Of a stretch of DNA of 64,000 nt, positions 9,407 through 21,339 are shown one piece after another (the stretch's first letter is position 1; every line of letters begins with the position of its first letter). The notes under the pieces were generated by a model, which worked only from the letters and a program-made list of their open reading frames with translations, was not told where the DNA came from and did not search any database. The translations under genes and the position numbers were made by a program. Source of the DNA: Vitrella brassicaformis CCMP3155 (Eukaryota > Protista > Chromerida). The stretch spans positions 62,001 to 126,000 of the forward strand of contig CDMY01000656.1 of the NCBI GenBank assembly GCA_001179505.1, in the 5' to 3' direction.

Positions 9407-11556
9407 CTATGGCGCCTGGCCATCGAGCACGATGGATGCGATCGGGCCGCACAAGCTACGGACCTTGGCGGCTGTCAGGGGGAACCGCTGTGCGAAGGGC
9501 GCATCGTGGAAGACACCTGCTGCTGGCGCCTCGGTGGTAGGGATGGTGACGTGGACTGCACGCAGACAACAGCAGAGCGGATGATCTGACGACACGACAG
9601 CATGACCATTGGTTGTCAATGTGTATGCGTACCGCTCTGGTTGTCGCCTGGGAAGATGCCAAAGTAAGTCCATGCGAGGAACGGGTCGTTGGATGACGTC
9701 AGTACATGCAGCTGCGCACAGATCCTATCGGCCGCCTCCCATGTCAACACGTCCGAGCATCCATTGGGCGGTGTATGTGGCGATTGAGTCATGATGCGGT
9801 CGAGGTGGCCGCCCCGCACACGACTGACACACACATCAATGACGCACCACATAGCCATTCGCCCTCTCATTGTGTGCCTCCCATCCACTTACCGGTCCAC
9901 CGCCACTGCTGGCGAGTCGGTGGAGCCGCCCAGAGCCAACAGCCGGTGTCACAGGACCAGGTCCTTCAACATGGAACTCGCCGATGCGTAAAGAGGCCCG
10001 TCGTTGACGCCAATCGTCACCCAGCCCACACCATGCTGCCATCCAATGCGGCTGCGGACTGGAGGGTCGTGTGGCTTGGCGTGCTGCTGGAAGGGGTGCT
10101 GCGAAAAGGCATGGACGGGGCGGCCGGTGAGGAGGGGGAGCGGCGGGTTGAGTGTGATGGTGAAGTTGGGCTCGTTGCGGATGATCCGAATATCGTTGTT
10201 GTTGTGGCGGAACAGCTGTAGTGTGCCGTCCTGCTGGCCAGTGGGGCGACGGAAGACGACATGGCGACCGACGAGCATCCACTGCGCAAACACACGGGGC
10301 AGCGCCAAGAAATCCTGCAGGCAGCACACCACATCCAGCAGCTCACCCATTGCCTCTCCTGTGTGTCGTGTTTACCGCCTTGGTGGCGTGTGTCTGCAGA
10401 TCTGCACCATCCACAGTGATCGGCAGCTGGCAATTGCCACAGTGCTCGGCGACTCTGAGCGTGTCGCCTACCTCCCCCCACGCCCCCTCGCCCCCCTCCT
10501 CCACCACCCACATGGCCTTCATCACATCGCCGTGGCTCAGCTGAGGGTCGAACTGCACCACGCCACTAGCCCCCGCCCCCTCGATGGCGTTCGGCAGGCG
10601 AAAGCGGCGGACGATCGGCCAGAGGGCATTTCTGATGAGTCGGGCTGTCGACTTGAGGTGGGCGACAGTGGTGAGGTCAGACAGTGCCAGGACGATGCTC
10701 ATGGGGTTGGCAGGGATGTCAGTCAGGTGCAACGATGTGGCCTGACGACACTCAGCAAACACACACACACACACACGCAATGCATGTGGCAGCTCGGTGT
10801 GTGTGTCCATCTATGTGCCTGCGTGTGGTCAATCACACACCTGCACGTGGCCATCGGCATCTTTGCCATGTGTAGCAGAATCGCTCGCGCCATCACCTGC
10901 CACACAGACAACGACACAGACACACACAAGGCTGTGTTTGTGTGTTGGTGTGCCATTCTCCCTTAGGTATATATCGGCTCACCCTCGTGCGTTGCCTGTG
11001 CGATGGCGGTCTCTATGGTGTCTGCCAGCTCGGCCAGATGGTCGGACACAGCAGCGAGCTGCCGGTTCACCGTGGCCACCACCTGAGGAACGAATCAACC
11101 ACACGAGAGGAACACCAACCGACAGAGGCCATTGTGTGGTTGTTGGTTGTCTGTGCTGCTTGGCACCCTGCAGGCACCTACCTGTACTGTCAGCTGAGTA
11201 GAGTCCATCTGTGAGAGTCGTGTGATCTGTGCGTTTGCCTGCACGCATGTGCCACATGGACAGCAGACAGAGCAACCAAGCGGCCGGGTGAGCGATGGAT
11301 GCATTGAATGGATGAGTGAGCGAGTCAGTGTGTTGGTTGGCTAAGTACCTGAGTCTGGTTCATCTGAAGGCATGCTGTGATCAGAGGCGTGAACTCTCGC
11401 TGCGGCAGGAGCTGCTCACGCACACGCAGAGCAACCATCTGCACCAGACAGCAGGACAACACAAAAACATGCCACGATTCGCTGCGTTGCTTCATGTTAT
11501 GCTTGGCCTGCAGGCTCCTCTCCTCTCACCCGAGTGTGACTGATGGCGACGGCCAT
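9407..11556 (-). pseudogene. Paralog B of the same family, inverted; premature TGA at 9949-9951
   Basis: Starts MAVAISHTR|MVALRVREQLL... and ends VLDGQAP*. The codon that is TGT (Cys) in A and C (LVL-C-HRLL) is TGA here. Downstream exons remain open. Confidence 0.7.
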
Positions 11557-11708
11557 TGTGAAGATCTATGGACACACACGAGCCTTCCCTCGCCCCCTGC
11601 GAGCTTAAACCAAAATCGAGACGAGACGGACGAGATTCATGGTTTGCCTGTTTCTTTCTCCTTGCGCTGTTTCCCACGTAATCGAGAGAACAGCGTATGC
11701 GAGCGAGG

Positions 11709-14700
11709 ATGAAGGCGATGACCTTCATTGTCCTGTTGCTGCTGACGCCGTCGAGAGCGGAGTCCTTCGAGAACGACCAGAACAACACCAGCAGGGGGGT
11801 AGTGGCGGGCGGGGGGGGTAGTGGCGAGCAAGTCCGAGACAAAGCACGACAACGCCAGCGGGGTAGCGGGGGGCCCGGGAGGGACGGAGCCGGTGGCACC
11901 GCAATCGGCGCAACCCAGGGAGAAGAAAGCGCACAACAAGAACTCAACACACACGCGCTCATGGCTGTGCCCAATATGTGTCTTCCTCCTCAGAGACAGA
12001 GTAGCGGAGGGCCCATGGCCTGTTTGTCGAATCGGATGAGGGAGAGCAGCACCGGATCGGTGCCTTCGGCGTCGTGCTGCCAATGCGCGACCGGGACGGC
12101 CGCAAGTGGGCAGTCAAGATCCTGCACAAAGACCATGACTGTGCCCTCCTAGTACGCGAGACCACACGACACCAATATTCGACCCACTGTGTGCCTATCC
12201 ACACACGCACGTGTGTGTGTGTAGGTTGACGGGTTTCAGCGCACAGGCAATGACCTGTGGAAGGAGAACCGCGTTACCTCCCGGACTCCATACCGTTGTG
12301 CGACAGGTGAGCAAGGCGAACAAAAGAGAGTGAATAAAGGGATCTGCGTCACTCAGGCTCTCCGCCCCTCCGTCTTACCTGTCTGTGCTGTGTCTGCAGG
12401 ATGACGATGCGGATGTGCGACATCTGGAGGCTGAACTGAGGCGAATGAAATCCGTTCACTCAGAGGTAGCCGCAGCGACGCACAGTGTATGCAGAAGCAT
12501 CATCCCATCCATCTGTGTTGTGTCCGCTTTCAGTTTACTGATCGCCTCGACAGGGTGCGGCAGGACATGACGCCTGCCGTCGCAAGCCAGGTGCCTGGCG
12601 CCGCCGACTACTTGGCTGTCCTGCAGCAGACCATGCTGTCGGCGTCGGATGCACTCGACGACTTGAGCGACCTGTTCAGCGACATTAGGTGCCATCCAGA
12701 CCCGCGGACTCGTCCACGACCGTCGACGCTGCCAACTCCGCTGCCTCCGTCGATCGGCCTGAAAGGCCCCCCCACAACGACGAGCAACCGACAGATAAGG
12801 TAGCCTGGCCTCGCACACATGGGAGAGGGTGAGGGAAAGGTATCACGTCCATCATATTAGTCGCTGATGGTGCCTGCCTGCCTATCAGGAATATGGACTT
12901 CCCTGCCTCGACGGGTTGCCGCCCGATGTCATCACCACCGAGGGCCATCGCAACATCGTCAACATCGAGTCCATCTACCACATGTGTGGCCCCGAAGGCG
13001 AGCACATCACGGCGTATCGGATGGAGTGGATCGAACGTAAGCAAGCACTCATACAACACAACACAACACAACACACACAGGCAGTCAGGAGAGGAGCCAT
13101 GGACATTCATTCCGTTGGTCACGTGTGTGTCGTGGATGTGTTGGGTGTGTGTGTTGGGTGTGTCTTCGAACAGTCACTTTGAGGCAGCTCAACTGCCGGC
13201 GCGATTCCGCTTTGATGGCTCGCATTGCGGATGGTGTGCTCGCGACTGTCGAGGAGTTTCACCGCCACAAATTGGTGCACGGCGACCTGCATGTGTGTGA
13301 GCCGCGCACACACAAAAGACATGATCTCAGCTATGACATCACTATGGTGGGTGTGCAGGAAGGTAATGTTGGTCTACGGAGGCTGGGTGACGACAGCTAC
13401 GAGCCGGTGCTGATCGACCTCGATCGGCTGAGGAAGGACCCATCCACGTCCGAAGGGCGACAACACGCAGTGAGACTACATTGTCGTGTCTCTTCTGGTT
13501 GCTGTGTGCAGATCGATGGCTGTCTACATTTTATATCTGTCGGCCCATTGAGCATCGCCACGTCATCTTTTGTGTTGCTGATCGACCGCATTGAGGGCCC
13601 GGTGGCATGACAGGTGCGTAAGTGAGACTAACAAGAGGCTGACACATAGACACATTACATGTCATGGGTTCTCTATGTGTCTCCGTTTATCTGGCCGCCT
13701 CGGCGGCCACCGAGCTTCCGTCGAGGGGCATCCCACTCCGTCTCTTTCCGCACTCAAGAAGGACATGGCCGTGAAGAGCACACAGGTGCGCACGTCATCC
13801 ACACCCGCACCCACACATTCCCACTGTCTCTCTCTCTGTGCGTGTGTATGCAGGTTCAGAAGTTGAGCTTGGACTTAGAGGCCGCGAACAAGGCATCAAA
13901 GGACCAGTAGGTGGGCATCATGACACACACATGAGGGTGTGTGTGCACTTCGAGCACGTGAGCAAGCGTCTGGAGGCTACCTCACCGCATTCGCTATGTC
14001 TGTCTATGCACACATACACACAAGTACGTCTCTGCGTGCTTGTGTGTGTGTGTGTGTGTAGTTGGTGCGAGAAATGTGTAGCATCACCGACGCCCTTCTG
14101 GCGCGTTTCGAGAGCTTGAATGCCAACCCGCGGCTGACCAGCCTCATCGGACGGCTGCAAGCACGCAACAGCCTCTTTCCCAAGGACGCACTGTCACGGG
14201 TATGTGATCCACTTGAAGTAGAAGAGATCGACAGAAGACAGACCGACAGGCATGATGGGTATGTAAATGTGCCTGTATGTCATAGAGTCGTGTTTGGTCA
14301 TGTGTGGGTCTATGACGTGCAGGCGAGGCGTGACAGCCGCTGCTGAAGAGTGCGAGGATGGAAGACCGTCAGGGCTCACACCGCCCCGCCGACGACAAGA
14401 TGGTGCCACATGCAGAGGCAGAGATACAAATGGATGTTTGACTCTGTTGTGTCGATTAATTCATTCTTGTGGCAGAGGATCAGAGGACACTTTTGTCGGG
14501 ATCTTCGCGTCCCTCCTCAAAGAGTACGCATGCGCACGATGGGATATCATGTCAGTGTGTGGACATCATGGGTGTGTGTGCACGTGCCTCTCAGGTTCTG
14601 GCAGCGCGTCGGCAATCAGTCACCCACCACCACCGCATCATCAACCAGACCCCAATGCCTCACCATCGTCATCAGGCCCCGCCATGCCGCCGCCGTCCAC

Positions 14701-15222
14701 TGCTGCTTCCGCGGCTCCTCATGCAGCCGTTGGCCAACACCACCAAGGTCACTCAGAATGGGTCTGGACTCACACATGCATGGCCACCACATTACTTGGC
14801 ACATCTCTGTCTGTGTGCGTGTGCGTGTGCGCGGGCGTCTCAGGTGCCGGCAACGTGCCGATGAGCAAGCAGCCAGCACCACAGCAGCAGCAGCAGCAAG
14901 TGATGCAGCAGGGTATGGCCACGACGATGGGATATCATGTCAGTGTGTGTCCATCATGTGTGTGTGTGCGTCCATCTCAGCTTCTGGCAGCGGTCCGGCG
15001 ACTACTCACGCAGCAACTCACCCACCACCACCGCATCATCAACCAGACCCCAATGCCTCGTCATCGTCATCAGGCCCCGCCATGCCGCCGCCGTCCACTG
15101 CTGCTGCCATCAACGCCATGCCCCAACGCCATGCCCCATCCCCCATGCATCGTTGCCTACATTTTATATCCGTTGTGTGTCTCTTCCTTTGCACATCTGC
15201 TTGCAATGGAATGATGAGGTGA
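11709..15222 (+). CDS. Divergent protein kinase-like gene with predicted signal peptide, a long N-lobe insert and a Pro/Gln/His-rich tail; possibly degenerate
   Basis: MKAMTFIVLLLLTPSRA. Kinase motifs RIGAFGVV...GRKWAVKIL (~12045-12125), HRNIVNIES...YRMEWIE (12945-13035) and VHGDLH|EGNV...VLIDLD (13275-13425). The exon 1-2 join and the C-lobe frame could not be reconstructed cleanly, and the 3' extent is uncertain. Confidence 0.6.
14536..15105 (+). repeat. Direct duplication of an intron+exon unit (~175-185 bp, period ~388 bp) encoding HPPPPHHQPDPNAS-SSSGPAMPPPSTAA
   Basis: 14536-14707 and 14924-15105 share ACGATGGGATATCATGTCAGTGTGTG...CACCCACCACCACCGCATCATCAACCAGACCCCAATGCCTC...CCGCCGCCGTCCACTGCTGCT. 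Confidence 0.85.
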
Positions 15223-15298
15223 TGTCACTGATACATAAGTTTGTGATGGCGATAGAGACGAAACAAGTAGATACATGAAACGGGCAAGTTCGTCAAAC

Positions 15299-15372
15299 GA
15301 CGGATGGTATTTAATGGCCCTGGGTGCGTCCGTCCGTCGGTCGATCGCGTCACTTCACCATGGACATGCACC
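15299..15372 (+). repeat. ~73-bp dispersed repeat, copy 2
   Basis: GACGGATGGTATTTAATGGCCCTGGGTGCGTCCGTCCGTCGGTCGATCGCGTCACTTCACCATGGACATGCACC matches the reverse complement of 1281-1354. Confidence 0.75.
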
Positions 15373-16075
15373 ATCACAAATAATCCACCACACACACACA
15401 CACGCACACACGCACACGCACACACGCACACACGCACATCCACAGTCACAGCACCATCAAGCAGCGGCCAGACAGAGAGACGGGCAGGCCACGGAGCCGC
15501 TCATACATTCCTTATGCGGTCTGGATAGCTAATGGGCCGGGCTGGTGGAGGAGAGAGGGAGAGAGAGAGAGAGGTTGGTCGACGTCCAGTGGTGGGGTGT
15601 GAAGTGGGGTGTGAATGAAAATAGACCTTGCCCCTGTCTTTCTCCCTCTGGCTGTCTGCTATGCGGTAGGTATTGGAATAAGGCCTCAATTGGATGCAGA
15701 ATGACAGACACTCCCACACACCCCGGCCACACGCCATGCGACAATGAACACGACAAGAGACACGGCTGGCACGGCACGTTCCAATGCATCCTCTTCTTTT
15801 CCTTTGGTCTCGCCATTCTCGTGCAGTCAGTGTTGCCAACTCAGAATTCTTGACAGGCACGTATGTGGGACTGGGGTGGATATGCCTGCCCTGAGGGACA
15901 CACTGACAGACAAAACGACACAAGGAGGCGACGAACAGTTCCGTCGGCCCAGGTATGTGCATGGGAAACATGGTCAGAAAGCCGGCCACGCTCATGGAAA
16001 AAAAGACACACACAGACACACACCGACACACACAGACAGACAGACAGACAGACACGTATGGATACGGTTGGTTGG

Positions 16076-17793
16076 TCACAGGGCCAGAAACACCCGGTCG
16101 AGCAGCTCCTCCTCACCCACCACCTTTTTGGCCATGAAGTCGTTCCACGCCTTCACCCAGCCGCCCAACCACCCGCACACCCCCATCCCCTCCGTGCCCT
16201 CAGACTCGCTCTCGCTCTCGCCCTCGCTCTCCAGGTCGCTGATCGTCACCTCAGTCCACCCATCCCCCTTGATGGTGTCGGGTGTGGCGGTGGTCGTCTC
16301 ATTGCCGGCTTCGGCCACATCTGAGCAGACAGGCCCGTCGTGTGTGAGACAACTTGGTGGTTTGGCAGGTGTTCGGTGCTTACCGACGGGCCATATGACG
16401 AGCGACGGGCTGTTCGTCACATGGGTGTCACCAGAGATAGAGATGGAGGTGGTGATGGCGTGGCCTCTGCGGGGCGCACTGGCCGACGCCTTTCTCGACA
16501 CGCGCTTCTTGCATGAGGACACACCTATGAGAAAGGATAATGGGTGGATGAAGTGTTGCGCCCTTTTGCTTTGCGGTGCAACTCACTCTTTGCCACGGCG
16601 TGGGTGTTCCGCTTCTTGGCCTTCTTGTGTGACGGCAGCTGCAGGTACTGATCCATCTCCGCCCTCTCCCATCCCTCCGTCAACTCATCTGCAGGAATGG
16701 AATCCCGGACACAGAGAGAACAGCCAGGCAGGAAGTGAGAGATGAGAAGGAGAGAGAGAGCGAAGTCACTCTCTGTGCACATGGCGTGGCGTGTGGTGTG
16801 TGTATTGTGCTCACCGTCCTTCGTTCTGTCTGTGGTCTTGAGTTCTTCGGCCTCCACGCTCATGGCCTGGTACTGCTGGGTGAGTTCCTGTCAGCATGTC
16901 ACACACACACACGGATTGGACAGGCGATTCCGCACCTTCAGAGTGTATTCCGCACCTTCAGAGCGGTGTCGATTTCCTTGTGCTCAGCCTTGACGGCGGT
17001 CGTCACTCATGCCGCCCCGTCGAGCTCCATGGCCTTTCCGAAGGCCGCCAGGGCCTCGCTAAAACGGGAGAGCCGACGCAACACACGGCCGTGCCTGAAC
17101 AAACCCTGCAGCCACACAGAGAGACACAGAGACACAGAGACAGAGATGCGCGCACTGTGAGGGGAAATTTGTCATGTCTCGTCGATTGCAGCTGACCTTT
17201 ATGTGGTTGGGATTGGCCTGCAGGAGTTTCCGTGCTGTCTTGAGAGCCATGTTGAGCTCGTTGGCCTTGTCGTGGGCCTGGATGGCGTTGCTGAGGAGCG
17301 CCTCGTACACCTCCTGCGCATGGGGGCTGGTTTTGAGGAGTTTGGTGAACTCCATCAGTCCCACTCCAGTCGTGTAGAAGAGGGCGGCCCCAGCGAAGTC
17401 CCTTTCTCTCATCCGCTGATTCCCTTGGTCCTTGTATGACATTGCACTGCAGGCACGAAACACAAGGAGGCAAAATGCGCTGCATGCCTTGCCGCACGTG
17501 GTGCTTGGTACAGCGCTCACCTTGCGAAGACGCTCTCTACAGCTGCAGTGTCCATGACATTGCTCTTGACCGCAACGCAGCCCTCGCCTGCACGCAGTCC
17601 ACATCCGACGACATGGCATTGCACTGTAGACAAGTGCCCCAGGCTCAACACATGTCTCAGCATATTGTCAGCATATGCAGTGGCAGCTCTTCCTTTCTGA
17701 CTCACCTCGTGACAATGTAGCCCCCGACAAGTCAGGGACGTCTTGACCGGATGCCATCGGATTCCGTCCTTCGGCAGGCATCCAACGTGCCAT
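16076..17793 (-). pseudogene. TPR-repeat protein gene with in-frame TGA (17007-17009)
   Basis: TPR-like helices AMSYKDQGNQRMRERDFAGAALFYTTGV..., ALLSNAIQAHDKANELNMALKTARKLLQANPNHIK|GLFRHGRVLRRLSRFSEALAAFGKAMELD. After the stop, the frame stays open through four further phase-compatible exons ending LLDRVFLAL*. Confidence 0.65.
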
Positions 17794-18084
17794 ATACAGC
17801 TCTCCTCCTCCTTCCTGAGGCTCGACGATGATCACAGGCCGTCTCTTGCAGCCGATGACTTGATTACGACTCGAATATGGACCTTCGCTTCACCAACAGT
17901 ATCACAACGTCCGAGAGAATCAACAATGGGCTGAGACAGAGATGACCCCCTGGCCACCTTCGTTGCGAGCCTGAGCTCGCAGAGAGGAAATGAAGAAAAG
18001 AGAAGGCGTTGATGGTGACGACAGATGCGTGCAGAGCTCCGTGAGGCCTCGAGGAATCAGTCTCATCCATAGCTTTGCAGGACG

Positions 18085-20005
18085 ATGGATGGCAGTGCCA
18101 CTCGGGTGAGAACAGCAGCCTCCAAGCCAAGCAAAGCACGTGAATCATCATGGCATCATATTATGATTCATGCATCGTGTGTGCTGTTTGCGTGTGATTG
18201 TGTTGTCATTCGCTTTGGTGCAGATGAGTGAAATGGGAACGAGGGATCAGCTGCTCAAACAGATTCAGGCCTATCAGACCAATCAGGCGAGGGTATCTGA
18301 CCAACACACTCACTCATCCACTCAGTCAGTGCATCCGTCGCTCATCGGTTGCTTTGTGTTGTTTGTTTGTGTTTGCTGTGGTGTGCAGGTCAACAATGGC
18401 ATCGGCCGACTCACTCAAATGGACACCGCTATGATCACACCACTGGTGCGGCCAGACTACCACACTCAGCACAACGGCCTCTGTGTCATGATCCCTCGTG
18501 TGATTCATCAGATGGTGGCCAATGTCAGTCGTCAACTCGCCAACGAATCGGCCCGTCTGGCCCAGCTGGCGGATACCATCGACTCGACCATCGCACTCAC
18601 AACACACCCCCACTCAGGTGAGAGAGAGTCCACCCACACACACACACACAGCTGCATGTTTGTCTTTGTGTGTGTCGTCAGGCTCGGCGGTTGCAGGTGT
18701 ATGACATTCCCGCCGAGCCAATAAGTATCATCCTGGCACTCTCTGACCTCACCACGGTCGCCCACCTCAAGTCGACAGCCCGCCACTTCACCAACGCCAT
18801 CCGACCGATCATCCGCAATATTCGGCTGCCGAACGCCATCGAGGGGGCGGGGGCTAGTGGCGTGGTGCAGTTCGACCCCCAGCTGAGCCACGGCGATGTG
18901 ATGAAGGCCATGTGGGTGGTGGAGGAGGGGGGCGAGGGCGGCTGGGGGGAGGTAGGCGACACACTGAGAGTCGCCGAGTACTGTGGCAATTGCCAGCTGC
19001 CGATCACTGTGGATGGTGCAGATCTGCAGACACACGCCACCAAGGCGGTAAACACAACACACAGAAGAGGCAATGGGTGAGCTGCTGGTGTGTTGGGTGC
19101 AGAATTTCTTGGCGCTGCCCCGTGTGTTTGCGCAGTGGATGCTCGTCGATCGCCATGTCGTCTTCCGTCGCCCCACTGGCCAGCAGGACGGCACACTATA
19201 GCTGTTCCGCCACAACAACAACGATATTCGGATCATCCGCAATGAGCCCAACTTCACCATCACACTCAACCCGCCGCTCCCCCTCCCCACCGACCGCCCC
19301 GTCCATGCCTTCTCGCAGCACCCCTTCCAGCAGCACGCCAAGCCACACGACCCTCCAGTCCGCAGCCGCATTGGATGGCAGCATGGTGTGGGCTGGGTGA
19401 CGATTGGCGTCAACGACGGGCCTCTTTACGCATCGGCGAGTTCCATGTTGAAGGACCTGGTCCTGTGTCACCGGCTGTTGGCTCTGGGCGGCTCCACCGA
19501 CTCGCCAGCAGTGGCGGTGGACCGGTAAGTGGATGGGAGGCACACAATGAGAGGGCGAATGGCTATGTGGTGCGTCATTGATGTGTGTGTCAGTCGTGTG
19601 CGTGGCGGCCACCTCGACCGCATCATGACTCAATCGCCACATACACCGCCCAATGGATGCTCGAACGTGTTGACATGGGAGGCGGCCGATGGGATCTGTG
19701 CACAGCTGCATGTACTGACGTCATCCAACGACCCGTTCCTCGCAGAGATTGCCTTTGGCATCTTCCCAGGCGACAACCAGAGCGGTACGCATACACATTG
19801 ACAACACATCATCATGCTGTCGTCTTGTCTGATCATCTGCTGTTGTCTGAATGCAGTGCGCGTCATCATCCGTACCACCGAGGCGCCAGCAGCAGCTGTC
19901 CCTCAGGATGCGCCCTTCGCCCAGCGATTCCTCCTGACGGCCGCCAAGGTGCGTTGCGTCCTCGGGCCCATCGCATCCATCGTCCTCGACGGCCAGGCGC
20001 CATAG
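18085..20005 (+). CDS. Paralog C of the lineage-specific family
   Basis: MDGSATR|MSEMGTRDQLLKQ..., RRLQVYDIPAEPISIILALSDLTTVAHLKST..., ending VLDGQAP*. The central ~1 kb is nearly identical to B, introns included. Confidence 0.75.
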
Positions 20006-20309
20006 ATACAGGGTGAGAGCCACACAGGTGATGCAGAGGACCTGATGTATGTGTCCATTGTGTGTGTTTGTTGGTGTGGGTTCTGCAGGGCGGCTGGATG
20101 GCGAGCGGACTGGGTGCTGCATGATGGACAGACAGATGCGTGTGTGCGCAAGGTCTGGGCGTGACGATGCGTGTGTTGAGAAGATTATTCCCACATCGCA
20201 TAGCCGATCGGTCATAAGTCGTCTCTGTCCGGCAAACCTATCTATGCACGCCCCCATCATAAACTAAGCCATGCACTAGAGCCCCCTCCCCTGCCCTAAT
20301 ACCACTATC

Positions 20310-20960
20310 ACCCCTTGTCCACCGTCTTGGGGTCCGTCATCCAGTTGATGGCCTCATGCTCAGTCACCTTCTTGCCGTCGCTGCTCACCAGCTGCAGGTC
20401 ATAGTCCGCACACTGGCCGTTGCCGCCTGCTGTGGTGCCAATCGTGTCGATGAAGACGCTCAGCAGGCCGTAGTTGCGGTCTTGCACTCACCCGAGGTGG
20501 TCGAATAAGTAGTGGCCCGGCAGCCGGGCTGACAGCTCACGGGCGCGATATGATGCTGTACTCGTGGCCTCCGTCAGCGGCTGCCGTACCACAGCTCGTT
20601 GACGAGAAATGGCCTCGGTGTGGCGGCAATCAGCTTTCGTACGGCTGCATTCTCGCGCCAGAGGTCGCACATCTGACATGCGCACACATGCAGCAGCAGA
20701 TATGGTGTATCACAGCTGCACAGATGCAGTCACCGACCTCTCCTTCGAAGGCCTCCATTTCTCGCTGGTTGGGCTGCCGTGTGGGACGAGTTGAGCGTCG
20801 GGATGGGCTGAGGCTCGTTGATCACCCAGTAAAGCGGTGCTGGCTGGGCCAGCTGCCGCAGCTGGTCTACATGGGCACACCGACGTAGTGGAGGATTGTC
20901 ATTGTTGACGAGGATTCCCTTGCCCTCGTAGCGCTCGTACACCGACACACTGCACCATCA
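20310..20960 (-). pseudogene. Degraded coding relic of unknown family
   Basis: Protein-like fragments in shifting frames with splice-like signals: VSVYERYEGKGILV, MEAFEGE|MCDLWRENAAVRKLIAATPRPFLVNELWYG, LPGHYLFDHLG*VQDRNYGLLSVFIDTIG...AINWMTDPKTVDKG*. Confidence 0.4.
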
Positions 20961-21339
20961 TTCATTGAACACCACGCAGATGCAGCGGACTGGCGAGTTG
21001 GATGTGTGTTGGTCTTTCAGTGTTACCGGAGAAGGCTGCTTTTCACCAGTGTCAGGGCGCAGGTAAGGCTTCGCTGCCTCGCCCTCAGCAGACATCCTTG
21101 CAAACGGGCAGATCTATGAATCCACCAAATTCGAACGTCCTCGTGAAGTCATTGGCAGCCAGCGTGAGCCCTCCTAGGGCGTTTCGAGCCGGTTGGGCGA
21201 GTGGAGCTTGGAGGAAAGAACATTTTTGGCTCGCAGAGATCGGTGAAACCGCTCACAGCTACAGACTCGGGTTTCTAGTCAGGTCTCCGCATCGCACACT
21301 TTGCCTGTGCGGCATTGACATCATCATCATCGCACCAAG

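Noticed and set aside
13511-13612. Kinase exon ending GPVA-TGA-CAG as another clean in-frame stop; 14-nt match CTACATTTTATATC with ~15157
   Set aside because: The splice phases around this exon cannot be resolved, so the stop may be an artefact of my model. The short match has no flanking homology.
20960-21330. Possible tRNA or snRNA upstream of VAMP7
   Set aside because: No cloverleaf, A/B boxes or Sm site could be identified by eye. tRNAscan-SE or Infernal would be decisive.
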